DNA of 64,000 nucleotides, from assembly GCA_049322915.1 (NCBI GenBank), contig JBMOPW010000003.1:1-64000 (forward strand). Direction: 5' to 3'. A program made the translations under genes and the position numbers. How positions within the stretch are numbered: the stretch's first letter is position 1; each line of letters opens with the position of its first letter. This document shows positions 51,283-61,961 of the stretch, one piece after another. The stretch is from Candidatus Zhuqueibacterota bacterium (lineage in GTDB: Bacteria > Zhuqueibacterota > Zhuqueibacteria > Thermofontimicrobiales > Thermofontimicrobiaceae). The notes under the pieces are model-generated. The model saw only the letters and a program-made list of their open reading frames with translations. It had not been told where the DNA came from and searched no databases.

Positions 51283-52163
51283 ATCTCAGTATTCAGCAAA
51301 AAAACATGTTCAATCCAATCGCATTGACCATTTTTAGCCTCGTCATTCTGATCGATGCCCTTCTCGTTGTGTTCGATATCATCTCGCTCCCGGTCAGCTT
51401 TGCCGGGGTTGTGTTAGCCTCTTTTTTAGCAGCAACCATTAAAATCGCTGACCAATGGGAAAAGGCCGTGGTGTTGCGCATGGGTAAGTTCATTGGTTTG
51501 AGGGGGCCCGGGCCGTTTTTCATCATCCCAATTCTCGACCGCGTGGATAATTACATTGACCAGCGCGTGCGAGTCACCGATTTTAAAGCAGAGGAGACGC
51601 TGACCAAAGATACCGTGCCGGTGAATGTTGATGCTGTTGTTTACTGGATGGTTTGGGATGTGGAAAAGGCGGCGCTGGAAGTTCAGGAATATACCAGCGC
51701 AGTGGCCTACATTGCTCTGACAGGCTTGCGCGACATTATCGGCAAACATGAATTGGCGGACTTGCTGCAGAATCGGGAAAAGATAGCCGAGGCATTGCAG
51801 ACCACACTCGATGAGCACACCAATCCGTGGGGAATTACCTGCCAGAATGTGGGCATCAAAGACATTGTCATCCCTGCGGCATTGGCCGATGCCATGAGTA
51901 AACAGGCTCAGGCTGAGCGGGAGCGGCAGGCCAGAATTATTCTGGGAACCGCTGAGACCGAAATCTCAGAAAAATTCAAAATCGCCAGCCAGAACTATCA
52001 GAACAATCCTGTGGCGCTTCAACTGCGCGGCATGAACATGCTCTTCGAAGGATTGAAGGAAAAAGGCTCACTGATTATCGTCCCTAGTTCGGCGCTGGAG
52101 TCCATGAATTTAGGCGCTATTGGCGGACTTTCCGCGCTGGCGAGGACAGAAGCTGAGAAGTAA
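51279..52163 (+). CDS. SPFH/stomatin (slipin) family protein
   Basis: LTKDTVPVNVDAVVYW, AM.KQAQAERERQAR, ALQLR. Confidence 0.92.
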   Translation: MNLSIQQKNMFNPIALTIFSLVILIDALLVVFDIISLPVSFAGVVLASFLAATIKIADQWEKAVVLRMGKFIGLRGPGPFFIIPILDRVDNYIDQRVRVTDFKAEETLTKDTVPVNVDAVVYWMVWDVEKAALEVQEYTSAVAYIALTGLRDIIGKHELADLLQNREKIAEALQTTLDEHTNPWGITCQNVGIKDIVIPAALADAMSKQAQAERERQARIILGTAETEISEKFKIASQNYQNNPVALQLRGMNMLFEGLKEKGSLIIVPSSALESMNLGAIGGLSALARTEAEK

Positions 52164-52383
52164 CGAGCGGCTTTCCGAGTCAATTCAGTTCTTCAATATA
52201 TGGATAATCCTTGCGAAGGCCCGAAACCTTCGCAGGGATCATTATGTCTCATTTGGAAAACGATTCGGTTCGAGAATATCAATGGACTCGTGCTTTCGGG
52301 CGCGGGCGTTTTTCAAAAACATCTTGCTTTTCTACTAAAAAGGATTTATCATTTATTGATTCAATACAAAGGGGAAGGGACCC

Positions 52384-52611
52384 ATGGATTCATCGAAAAT
52401 TACAGTACATTTGCCGGAAGAATTGAACCGCTTGCTCACAACCTACAGCAACGACATCGGGTGTTCCAAAGCGCGTCTCATTCACAAAATTATTTCAGCC
52501 TATTTCGCAGACATGAAAAATGTTGAGATCAGTTTTTCACCAAAGCTCGATTCATCGGATAGAAATAGCATTCTGAATAATTTCAAGAGGAAAATCGTTC
52601 ATCTGGTATGA
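52384..52611 (+). CDS. Small ribbon-helix-helix-like protein
   Basis: KITVHLPEEL...L..YS...G.SKA.LI. Confidence 0.5.
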   Translation: MDSSKITVHLPEELNRLLTTYSNDIGCSKARLIHKIISAYFADMKNVEISFSPKLDSSDRNSILNNFKRKIVHLV

Positions 52612-52671
52612 TTCCTTAAAATTCCCCCTTGCCACTATTTTGCTCAGGAGTAATTGCGAAGGGATTGTCAA

Positions 52672-54564
52672 ATGATTAAAACGCTAAGACTCGCGCTGCT
52701 GTTCTCTTTGTTAATGGTTCCAGTGTCGCTGGCTCAACTCTCCTCCAGGTATTTCATTGATTATTCAGAAAGTGGAGAACACCTTTTCTTTCACGATGCC
52801 GGCGCCAACCATATTTTCATCGATGTGAATCCGGCGTCGCGGGACAGAGAGTCCATCTTTTTTATCTCGCGGTACGCAGATGTTGATACCGTGCACTTTT
52901 CCGTCTCAACACCATGGCCCCAGCCGCTGTATTCCTATGATAAAATCCACTGGTATCCAATCGACACCGGAAAGAACGCGGACGGGCGTTTTCATTTCCA
53001 ATTCAAATTCAGGAAAGATCATGTCTACGTCGCTCTGAACCCGCCGCCCGGTTACGAGCGTCCCGGCGCGCCGCTCGTCCAGAACCTCCCTACATTTCCT
53101 CCGTACTACACCTACGACAAGATTGTCAATTACGTGAACTCGATTGCCGGCCATCCATTCATCGAGCGGGTGATAGTGGGACAGAGCATTCAGGGTCGCG
53201 ATATTTTTATGCTCACAGTTACGGATCCCTCCATCCCGGACTCGCTGAAGAAATCGGTCTGGCTGCAATTTCGGGTACACGGCGATGAAATGGCGCAGAG
53301 TTATATTTTCGAAGGGCTGGTGAATTACCTGCTATCCGGGGATTCGGCTTCGGTTGCGCCGCAGGCATTGCAGCGCATTGTGTTCAAACTCATCCCGGTC
53401 ATCAACCCGGATGGCGTCGTGAATCGAACCCGCGGCAATTCCAATGGCGTGGACATGAATCGGATCTGGGTGGATTCCACCAATCACGAAGCTGAGGAGC
53501 CGGAAGTGCGTCTCGTGCACGACGTCCTGGACGACTGGATTTTGAATCACGGGCATAAGGTTAATTTTGCGCTCGACAAGCATGGCTGGGGCAGCGGCCA
53601 CGACGGAGGGTACCGCACTCTGGCCAGCGTGGCCGGCAATCCCTACGTTTTCGATCAAGTCACATTTCTCCGGCATTTGATCAATTACGATCCCTGGCAG
53701 CGATGGAACGATTGGACGTTCAGCGAAGGCGCCTGGGGGATGTTTCGGCTGGCCCTGTTCCGGCAGCATGGGCTGAACATCCTCACGTGGGAGACAACCA
53801 GCGGCCTTCGTTACGATGGCTCGGAGACCACCATCGACGATTTGAAGGAAGAAGGCGCGGCGTTCATCGACGCGCTGTATCGGTATTTGTTCCATGTCTA
53901 TTTCATCGATGGGAAGAAAAATGACGTCAGCGTTTACTCGCCGGGGGACTCGGTCTTCATCCGTCTCGAAGAAGCAGACGCCGCCAATCAGATCGAAAAA
54001 GACAAATGCCGCGTCATCCTCACCAGCTCGCTGAATGACACCGAGACGGTCGCGCTCAGTTTTGATCCCGGTGCACCCGGCGTGTATTACAGCCCTTCGG
54101 GGCTTCCGTTGAGCCCGACAACGCCTGTCCCGGAAGACGGCCTGTTGCAGATCGAACCGGAGAAACCCATTCGTGTCACGTACCAGGATGTGGATTTTCC
54201 CGGCGATTCGTGCAGCCAGGATATTCTCGTTTCTGCCTATTCCAGCGTCGCTCCGCGCCATGATTCGCCACTGCCCCAAGCGTTCGCGCTCTTCCAGAAT
54301 TACCCCAATCCATTCAACGGCGGAACGACGATTCAGTGTTACATTCCGGCATGGGCGCAACCCTCTCCGTTCACGCTGGCCATTTTCAATGTGCTGGGAA
54401 AAGAAGTGACGCGGCTTGCTGACCAAACCCTGGCGCCGGGGTATCACACTTTTCGCTGGGACGGCCGCGATGCCAATGGGATCAATGTCGCCAGCGGCCT
54501 CTATTTCTATTCGCTGAGCCACGCGTCCCAAACGTCGGTCAGGAAGCTGCTGCTCATCCGGTAA
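52672..54564 (+). CDS. M14 zinc carboxypeptidase with T9SS CTD
   Basis: VHGDE, NPDG, R.NSNGVDMNR, LDKH, TWE; CTD. Confidence 0.88.
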   Translation: MIKTLRLALLFSLLMVPVSLAQLSSRYFIDYSESGEHLFFHDAGANHIFIDVNPASRDRESIFFISRYADVDTVHFSVSTPWPQPLYSYDKIHWYPIDTGKNADGRFHFQFKFRKDHVYVALNPPPGYERPGAPLVQNLPTFPPYYTYDKIVNYVNSIAGHPFIERVIVGQSIQGRDIFMLTVTDPSIPDSLKKSVWLQFRVHGDEMAQSYIFEGLVNYLLSGDSASVAPQALQRIVFKLIPVINPDGVVNRTRGNSNGVDMNRIWVDSTNHEAEEPEVRLVHDVLDDWILNHGHKVNFALDKHGWGSGHDGGYRTLASVAGNPYVFDQVTFLRHLINYDPWQRWNDWTFSEGAWGMFRLALFRQHGLNILTWETTSGLRYDGSETTIDDLKEEGAAFIDALYRYLFHVYFIDGKKNDVSVYSPGDSVFIRLEEADAANQIEKDKCRVILTSSLNDTETVALSFDPGAPGVYYSPSGLPLSPTTPVPEDGLLQIEPEKPIRVTYQDVDFPGDSCSQDILVSAYSSVAPRHDSPLPQAFALFQNYPNPFNGGTTIQCYIPAWAQPSPFTLAIFNVLGKEVTRLADQTLAPGYHTFRWDGRDANGINVASGLYFYSLSHASQTSVRKLLLIR

Positions 54565-54678
54565 TTCAGGGACTCGGTATTCGGCTGAAGTTCGGAGCGC
54601 TTCATTCATTCGAAATCCGATCCGCTGCACAACCGCGGCAGCAGAAATTTTCATGCCCAAAACAAGCGAGGTGGCTTC

Positions 54679-56658
54679 ATGAATTCAATTCGCTCCCGAC
54701 GAACCGTCTGCGCGGCGATGGTGATTGGTTTTTTTCTCATCCATGCCGGAATCGCCCAGGAAAAACGCTCCCTGCTCAGCAGCGCCTATCCACCGTCTGC
54801 ATTGCCCAATCTGCTGCTTCAGAAATCCGATTGGCTACCATTCCCCACTGCGGCGCAGCGCGATGTCTGGCTCAACTTGCCGGACACGTTGCGCGCGGAT
54901 TTGCTGAAGCGGGGAGAGCGGTTGTTAAATTACCAGTGGCAGGCGCTTCCGGCCACCGTCTTTTTGGAATTCTCCCGAAATGGCAATCGAAGCCATTATC
55001 AGAATTTGCGCGATCAGCGGCGTCATGCGCTGGCCGATCTGGTGCTTGCTGAATGCATCGAACGTGACGGCCGATTTTTGGACGATCTGGTGAATGGCAT
55101 CTGGACAATTTGCGAGGAAACCTACTGGGGTGTGCCAGCCCATCTCAGCATGCAGCGACGCGGCTATGGGCTGCCGGATCCCAACGAGCCAACCGTTGAT
55201 CTGTTTGTAAGCGAGACCGCAGGTCTGCTGGCCTGGACCTATTACCTGCTTCACGAGCCACTCGGGGACTATTCGCCGCTCATTCAGGAGCGGATTGAAT
55301 CAGAAATTCAGCGGAGAATTCTCACACCGTGTCTGGAGCGCGATGACTTCTGGTGGATGGGATTCAAACCGCAGCATGCTGTCAACAACTGGAATCCCTG
55401 GATCAATTCAAACTGGCTGACGTGCGCGCTCATCATCGAAAAAGATGAGCAGAGAAGGCAGCAATCCGTTGCCAAAATCATGCGGAGCCTTGATGTCTTT
55501 ATCGACAGCTACCCGGAGGATGGCGGCTGCGATGAAGGGCCGGCGTACTGGAACCGCGCAGGGGCGTCCCTGTTCGACTGCCTGGAACTCCTCCATTCCG
55601 GCAGCGCAGGCCGAATCGATATTTACGATCAACCGCTCATTCGGGCCATGGCGCGATACATCGTTCACGCGCACATCGCTGAAAATTATTTCATCAATTT
55701 CGCCGATGCCCCGGCGATTGTGAATCTTGAGGCAGACCTCACGTATCGTTTTGGCCGCCGCATTCACGACGACCAGCTTGCCGATTTCGGCGGCTATATC
55801 GCTGACTTGCAGCGAAAGCGCGGGCATGGTATTTCAGGGAGTTTGGGTCGGCAATTGCCGGCCATTTTCAATGATGAAACGCTCGCCAATGCGCTGGCAA
55901 AGCCACCGCTATTGCGGGATGTCTGGATGGAAGGCAATCAGGTGATGGCAGCGCGATCCGAGGCAGGGTCAGCTCGCGGATTGTACGTGGCGGCCCAGGG
56001 CGGGCATAACCAGGAGAGTCATAATCACAACGATGTCGGAAATTTTATTGTCTATCTCAATGGCAAACCCATGATCATCGATGTCGGCGTGGAAACATAT
56101 ACCCGGAAGACATTCAGCGACGAGCGGTATGAAATATGGACCATGCAATCCGGCTATCACAATCTGCCAACGGTCAATGGCGTCATGCAAAAAGATGGTC
56201 GCCAGTTCGCTGCCCGGGATGTCGTTTACGATGCCAATGACGACTTTGCTCAACTGACGCTGGATATTGCCGGAGCGTATCCGGAAGAAGCGGGCGTCAC
56301 GTCATGGATTCGCTCCATCCGTTTGAACCGCGGCGATAATGTCGAGATTACCGAACGCATTGAACTGAACGCGCCGTCCGCCGATGTCGTCCTGAATTTG
56401 ATGACTGTTTGCCGCGTGGAGAACAAGTCCGACGGCGCTTTGGTGTTGTGTCATCCTGATTCGCAGCCACCGAATCACAAGCTTCAGCTCCATCTTGTAT
56501 TCGATGCGGAAAAATGGACAGCCAGTTCCGAGACGATTTCCATAACAGATTCTCAGTTGCAGGCGTTCTGGGGTGACACAATTTCCCGGATTCAATTGAA
56601 GGCGAACCATGCCATCAGCCGGGAAACCGCCGTCTATCGGCTGCGGCCTGTGAATTAG
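54679..56658 (+). CDS. Heparinase II/III-like polysaccharide lyase family protein
   Basis: NNWNPWI, DGGCDEG..YW, GGHN.ESHNHNDVGNF, S.YHNLP. Confidence 0.88.
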   Translation: MNSIRSRRTVCAAMVIGFFLIHAGIAQEKRSLLSSAYPPSALPNLLLQKSDWLPFPTAAQRDVWLNLPDTLRADLLKRGERLLNYQWQALPATVFLEFSRNGNRSHYQNLRDQRRHALADLVLAECIERDGRFLDDLVNGIWTICEETYWGVPAHLSMQRRGYGLPDPNEPTVDLFVSETAGLLAWTYYLLHEPLGDYSPLIQERIESEIQRRILTPCLERDDFWWMGFKPQHAVNNWNPWINSNWLTCALIIEKDEQRRQQSVAKIMRSLDVFIDSYPEDGGCDEGPAYWNRAGASLFDCLELLHSGSAGRIDIYDQPLIRAMARYIVHAHIAENYFINFADAPAIVNLEADLTYRFGRRIHDDQLADFGGYIADLQRKRGHGISGSLGRQLPAIFNDETLANALAKPPLLRDVWMEGNQVMAARSEAGSARGLYVAAQGGHNQESHNHNDVGNFIVYLNGKPMIIDVGVETYTRKTFSDERYEIWTMQSGYHNLPTVNGVMQKDGRQFAARDVVYDANDDFAQLTLDIAGAYPEEAGVTSWIRSIRLNRGDNVEITERIELNAPSADVVLNLMTVCRVENKSDGALVLCHPDSQPPNHKLQLHLVFDAEKWTASSETISITDSQLQAFWGDTISRIQLKANHAISRETAVYRLRPVN

Positions 56659-56676
56659 CCGGACGGGAGAGGCGGT

Positions 56677-58461
56677 TCATCGCGGCCGGGAAGGCTGTTT
56701 TTGTTTCAGGCAAAAATCTTCCAGACCGTTGAAAATTGCCAGCGCCAGTTTATCGAGAAACGCATCGTTCATCAGCAGCATTTCATCTTCCGGATGAGAG
56801 AGAAATGCGCCTTCCACCAAAACGATGAGCATATCGGTCTGACGGGTGACATAATAATCCGATTGGATTCTGCCAAATGGCTTCAGCCCGATTTTCAACA
56901 GACGGGGATAGATGGTCCAGGCGAGGTCCTGATTCTGGGGAATGGTGAAATAGGTGCTTGTGCCGCGCACTGCCAGCGGATCGGACGCGGCGCCGATCGA
57001 ATTGTTGTGCAGCCAACAAAAAATGTGAGCATTGCCTTGCCTGGCAATTTCCATTCGTTTGGCCAGCGTCATAGTCGTATCGACCTGCCGGGTGAGAATA
57101 ACCCGCGCTCCGGCAGAGTCCAGCAACGCCGCCAGTTTCTTTGTGTAGCGCAGGTTTACATCCTTCTCCATCAATCCGGTTGGGCCAATGGCGCCCTCTT
57201 CTTCGCCGCCGTGACCGGCGTCCAGAGCGAATGTCAAACCGGCTACAGGGCTTGCTGGCGGATCTGCTATCTTCGGCGCTTTCCGAATTTCAAGTATCAA
57301 ACGGCCCTGCTCCAGCGAAACGCGATGTCCCCATTGCTGTCTTTGTTTTAAGTCGACCCACAATTTGAACACGCCGGCGGTTGGCTGTGCCCATCGGATC
57401 ATTTTAATTGTCGTATCAAATTCCGGATATGTGATCCACTGGGAGAGCAGATACGCGCCGTAAACGGTCAATTCCAATCCGGGCGGCTCGACGGTCTGCT
57501 GCACCTGAAACGGGCATGCTGTCCGGATCTGCATGGTCAGCCGAATCCAGTCGCCAGCATAGCTTATGGATGGCAGACTGATGCTCGTGTGGGGGATCGG
57601 CGTTCCCTCCGGCAGCACTGTGACAGCGTCGCTCGGGATGTACGCATAATCGCTTTGTGACAGCCGGACTTTATAATGATTCCCGCGCGCGCTGATGATA
57701 TTGACCCGAACTCCTGCCGGCAAAAGGGACATCACGCCCAATCCAAACGGCGATGTTTTCAAATACGTGGGAATTTTTGTTTCCCCAATCATGGGGATAT
57801 TGCCGGTCATCACTGTCACCTTGGCTGTGGAAATTGCTTTCACATGGCTCCCGTCTTTGCCGCGCAATTCAAATTTGACCGGCTTGCTCAGGATTTTTTT
57901 ATCGGGTTCCAATCGAATGATGCCGCCATAAATTCCCTGCATTCCCGATGCATCTTCCGGCGGAAGTTCTATCATCGGGATATTTTTGCACAGCTTATCG
58001 ATGCTGAATTTCGCGGCGCCGCCGGGGCTTCCTTTGAAGCGCACCTCCAGCACTTCGCCTGAAAACAACGTGATGTCCTCGTCCGGCCACATCAGCTGTG
58101 TATCAATTTCCAGAGGCGTTTCCGGACTCACCGCCAACGGCGGGATTCGGTAAATGGTCACTACTTTTTCCTCGGTCCGCGATGTGTCCTTCCCCGCAAT
58201 GAGGATGGAATTCATTCCCGGCGATAAGGCGACACGCCCGACAAACGCGCCGGAAGGGAACACACGGGTGCTGTCCCCGTTAATAGTGACTCGCGCGCCG
58301 GGCTGGGTGCTGCCGGCGATTCGAATTCGGGTCACAGTGACAGAATCTCCATCGACAGGGAAAACGAGTTTAATGAGAGGTTGATTGTTCACATCCGGTT
58401 GCGCAACGATTTGTCCAATGCAAATCAGGACGGCAGCGAAGACAGTTCGCCCGTGTATCAT
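56677..58461 (-). CDS. N-acetylmuramoyl-L-alanine amidase (Amidase_3) with Ig/SH3-like domains
   Basis: LDAGHGG...GA.G..G..EK.VNL, LHNN, LVE.AFLS. Confidence 0.9.
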   Translation of the reverse strand: MIHGRTVFAAVLICIGQIVAQPDVNNQPLIKLVFPVDGDSVTVTRIRIAGSTQPGARVTINGDSTRVFPSGAFVGRVALSPGMNSILIAGKDTSRTEEKVVTIYRIPPLAVSPETPLEIDTQLMWPDEDITLFSGEVLEVRFKGSPGGAAKFSIDKLCKNIPMIELPPEDASGMQGIYGGIIRLEPDKKILSKPVKFELRGKDGSHVKAISTAKVTVMTGNIPMIGETKIPTYLKTSPFGLGVMSLLPAGVRVNIISARGNHYKVRLSQSDYAYIPSDAVTVLPEGTPIPHTSISLPSISYAGDWIRLTMQIRTACPFQVQQTVEPPGLELTVYGAYLLSQWITYPEFDTTIKMIRWAQPTAGVFKLWVDLKQRQQWGHRVSLEQGRLILEIRKAPKIADPPASPVAGLTFALDAGHGGEEEGAIGPTGLMEKDVNLRYTKKLAALLDSAGARVILTRQVDTTMTLAKRMEIARQGNAHIFCWLHNNSIGAASDPLAVRGTSTYFTIPQNQDLAWTIYPRLLKIGLKPFGRIQSDYYVTRQTDMLIVLVEGAFLSHPEDEMLLMNDAFLDKLALAIFNGLEDFCLKQKQPSRPR

Positions 58462-58727
58462 CTTTTTCCTCGATGGATAAAGTGAAAGTCAGGTAATTGA
58501 ATTTGTAAAGAAGATGTCTTGCAGATAGATTTCCGGTTCACATGGAAATTTCGAGTCACATGTACCCCAACCGAAAAAGAGGGAGTTTGAAATCAATGTG
58601 CCGGCGCTGAAGGCAGTCGTGTCAAAGCAGGAAAATCTCTGTTGCCTTTGAAATAAAAACTGGATGAATCAGGATAAGGCAACAGTCACCGCGCCGGCAT
58701 TTTTTATTCAGCAATAAATCAGCTATG

Positions 58728-59066
58728 TTACGCCAACCAGTATAAAATTCGACCGCATCCTTCGCAGTAGAAGACAGTGCTGTCGGTGCGACCCACGGTC
58801 GATATGGACGTCGGAAGTTTGATAAAACAGCCCAGGCAGATATTATCTTCCTGAACCGGAACGATGGCTCGTTTGTAACGTTTTTTCAGTTTCTCGTAAC
58901 TGTACAACAAGGGTTTACTGATTTTAGAGGCCAATTCATCACGAGCCTTCACGAGCTCTTCTTCGCGTTCCGCTACAAACCCAAGACGTTTCACTTCCGA
59001 AATTTCTTCGATCATCATGTCCAGGTCCTGCAACGCAACCAGCTTTTCTATATCTTTTTTTTCCAA
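58728..59066 (-). CDS. C4-type zinc-ribbon (DUF164-like) protein, short form
   Basis: C.GC...LP...C..CGRILY. Confidence 0.85.
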   Translation of the reverse strand: MEKKDIEKLVALQDLDMMIEEISEVKRLGFVAEREEELVKARDELASKISKPLLYSYEKLKKRYKRAIVPVQEDNICLGCFIKLPTSISTVGRTDSTVFYCEGCGRILYWLA

Positions 59067-59070
59067 CGTT

Positions 59071-59532
59071 CTATCCTTTCAAAAGAGTCTCGATGAACTC
59101 AGAATATGAATCCGTTGACATTAGTTTACTTCGGACTTTGGACTTGCTGAGTATTTCCACCATCTTTCCCAGAATAGGCAGATACATATTATTTTCATCC
59201 TGCGGCGGGGCGATGATCATGAAAATGAGGTGCACCGGTTTTCCATCAATGGCATCGTATTCAATGCCGGCCTCGGAACGTCCGAAGGCAATAATGATAT
59301 CTGACGCCGATGTAGTGCGACCGTGAGGGATAGCGATTCCCTTGCCGATGCCAGTGCTACCCAGCCGTTCGCGCTGATAGAGCATTTCAAGCACGATATC
59401 TTTATTTTTAAGATACTTCACATCAACAAAATGCTCGACGATTTCTTCTAACAGTTTATCCTTTGTCTTCGCTTTTAAGTTTGGCAAAAATAGGTGTTCG
59501 TCAAAATAAATCAATAAATCATCCTTATCCAT
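59071..59532 (-). CDS. PTS EIIA (Fru/Ntr-type) domain protein
   Basis: RE.LGSTGIG.GIAIPHGR, DAIDGKPV.LIF. Confidence 0.9.
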   Translation of the reverse strand: MDKDDLLIYFDEHLFLPNLKAKTKDKLLEEIVEHFVDVKYLKNKDIVLEMLYQRERLGSTGIGKGIAIPHGRTTSASDIIIAFGRSEAGIEYDAIDGKPVHLIFMIIAPPQDENNMYLPILGKMVEILSKSKVRSKLMSTDSYSEFIETLLKG

Positions 59533-59554
59533 TTCACCCACCTTAGTTGTACTT

Positions 59555-59809
59555 TTATACGATACTCCCGTCCTCAATTATTTTTCTCAACACAGGACGG
59601 ATATAGATATGGTTTAATTCCATTTGTCTCAGTTCGGCAGCAATGACCTTAATCTTGTTTTCCGTCGGTAGCTTCGCATTGATGATCATGATATTTTTGC
59701 CGGGCATTCGACACAGCCCGCCGGCGAAGTCGCCCTTCTCGTAGCGCAAATCAATCGAGAGGTGCTCAATCAGGTTTTCAAAACCCTCTAAAATGTTTTG
59801 TGGTTTCAT
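59555..59809 (-). CDS. Conserved hypothetical protein
   Basis: RYEKGDF.GGLC......I.IN..L........A.EL......IYIRP..R; operon context. Confidence 0.7.
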   Translation of the reverse strand: MKPQNILEGFENLIEHLSIDLRYEKGDFAGGLCRMPGKNIMIINAKLPTENKIKVIAAELRQMELNHIYIRPVLRKIIEDGSIV

Positions 59810-59985
59810 ACGGTATGACCTGTATTATACAAATGAAATTTTCTTGTGATCTCACTTCAGGAATTGATAGCAAAACATCCGGCCGCACACCGTTCGTCCG
59901 GAGTTCAGATTGGGATTTTCTGAACTCATGAAAAAAATCGCCGTACCCATTTTTCGATCACCGGCAGCACGCCAGCAATCAAACG

Positions 59986-61056
59986 CTACAAATAATCTTC
60001 CATCTGTTTTCGTTTCATGGCATCGACGAGATCTTTTACCTTCTGCGCCATATCTTTCCTGCAGATCAACAAGGCATCCCCGGCGTCCACGATGAGCAAA
60101 TCCTCCACACCGAGCGTGGCGATCATCCGGTAGGGCGAATCGATCAAACAATTGCGCGTGTCCTTGGGGAAATGATCGCCAATGATCACATTGTTGTCTT
60201 TGTCCTTGGGCGAAATTTTGTACACTTCCTCCCAGCTTCCGACATCGTTCCAGTCAAATTCGCCCTTTAATACGCACACATTATTGGAATTTTCCATCAC
60301 CCCGTAATCAATGGAGATGCTTTTAATTTGGCAGTACACTTGATTTATCACTTCTTCCTGCCGATTTGTTCCCGCGTATTTCCCAATCTCCATCAGTCCT
60401 TCATACAATTCAGGGATGGATATTTCGATTTCATTCAATATCGACTCCGCCTTCCACACGAACATCCCGCTGTTCCACAGAAAATCCCCGCTTCGGATGA
60501 AGCCGCTCGCTGTTTCGAGATCCGGTTTCTCGGCAAATGTTTTGACTTTGTAGACCGGAATGGAGTTGACCTCGTCAATCATGCCGTTATATTGGATATA
60601 ACCATAGCCGGTGGATGGATATGTGGGAATGATACCGATCGTCACCAGGCAGCCCCTGTCCTGCGCTACCAGAGAAGCAGCCGCCAGTATTTTTTGGAAT
60701 TCAGCTTCATTCTTGATCCGATGATCCGCCGGTAACACCGCCATCACCGCCTCCGGGTCGCGTTTCTGCAGAATCACTGCGGCCAGACCGATGCACGGCG
60801 CTGTATTTTTCCCCTTGGGCTCAATGATAAAATTTTCCGCTTTCAGAGCCGGCAGTTGCTTCGCCAGTTCTTCCCGCTGCGGCTCTGTTGTTACAATATA
60901 TATTTGATCGTCCGTCACCAATTTTTTCAATCGGCCAACGGTCGCCTGTATCATCGTTTGATCATCCAAAATGGACAGCATCTGTTTGGGACGTTTAAAA
61001 CGACTTCTCGGCCAAAATCTTGTTCCAACACCACCTGCCATTATTACAGCATACAT
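59986..61056 (-). CDS. manC: Mannose-1-phosphate guanylyltransferase
   Basis: MAGG.GTRFWP.SR...PKQ, EP..KNTAP, FAEKP, WNSGMF, SIDYGVME, W.DVGSW. Confidence 0.93.
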   Translation of the reverse strand: MYAVIMAGGVGTRFWPRSRFKRPKQMLSILDDQTMIQATVGRLKKLVTDDQIYIVTTEPQREELAKQLPALKAENFIIEPKGKNTAPCIGLAAVILQKRDPEAVMAVLPADHRIKNEAEFQKILAAASLVAQDRGCLVTIGIIPTYPSTGYGYIQYNGMIDEVNSIPVYKVKTFAEKPDLETASGFIRSGDFLWNSGMFVWKAESILNEIEISIPELYEGLMEIGKYAGTNRQEEVINQVYCQIKSISIDYGVMENSNNVCVLKGEFDWNDVGSWEEVYKISPKDKDNNVIIGDHFPKDTRNCLIDSPYRMIATLGVEDLLIVDAGDALLICRKDMAQKVKDLVDAMKRKQMEDYL

Positions 61057-61538
61057 TCACGTTCCTCCACTATTAACCTCAGGCGAAAACTCGTTTTAAT
61101 TAGAATACCGCCGGTCACAAATCTTTGCATAAAAAAAGCCCCTGGCACCTCACAAATGGTCTGCCAACGGCTCTACAATTTCTCGGAAAATTTTAATCAT
61201 AAAGGTATCTAATGACATACGCCTTGTTTGTCTCAGATAGTTAATTTTTCCCTCCCAGGTCATTCTGCTCATCTCAAAATTTAATATGGACAAAAATATA
61301 GAAAATTTAAATTTAAAAATCAAGTAGATTCTTAAAAAATAATTGTAATTTTCTCTGCGCTGCATGGTCTGCCTGACGCACTTATTCCAAACTTGCCCAT
61401 TCGTCACTGCCGGCATTTTTTCATTCCTGACCATCATAACTATTGCAATTTTATTTTAATTTTTTTATCTTTACCTGCAATCTCGCAACGCGTCTGGGTT
61501 CAGCGAATGATACAGGAATTTGGGTAAAGGGTCAAGCT

Positions 61539-61961
61539 ATGTCTTCGCAAAAATTCATTCAGTTAGACCATACCGGCGATTTAAGGGTGATGGTTTTTGG
61601 AAAATCATTAAAAGAACTGTTTGAAAATTCTGCCATCGCATTGTTCAGCCAGATTACGGACATCTCCCGGGTCAATCACGATTCCACGGACTCACTCCAC
61701 GTCACCGGTATCGATAAAGAAGAACTGCTGGTGAGCTGGCTTTCGGAATTGAATTATATGCATATAACCGAAGGAAAGTTGTTCAGTAAATTCGATATCT
61801 CCCATATCAGCGACACAAAGCTCACAGCCATCGCCTTTGGTGAAAAATATAATCCCTTCCGGCATTCGTCAGGTTTTGAAATCAAGGCGGTGACTTTTCA
61901 CGACCTGCAAATTGAGAAAAAAGACGATCTGTGGCAGACCAGGATCGTATTTGATATTTAA
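61539..61961 (+). CDS. Archease
   Basis: DHTGD, LV.WLSEL, EIKAVT.H, VFDI C-terminus. Confidence 0.93.
   Translation: MSSQKFIQLDHTGDLRVMVFGKSLKELFENSAIALFSQITDISRVNHDSTDSLHVTGIDKEELLVSWLSELNYMHITEGKLFSKFDISHISDTKLTAIAFGEKYNPFRHSSGFEIKAVTFHDLQIEKKDDLWQTRIVFDI

Noticed and set aside
53332..54660. 442-aa antisense ORF
   Set aside because: Shadow of the GC-rich M14 peptidase gene; no recognisable motifs.
58462..58727. RNase P RNA, often found near zinc-ribbon genes
   Set aside because: No GAGGAAAGTCC motif on either strand, and the gap is short.
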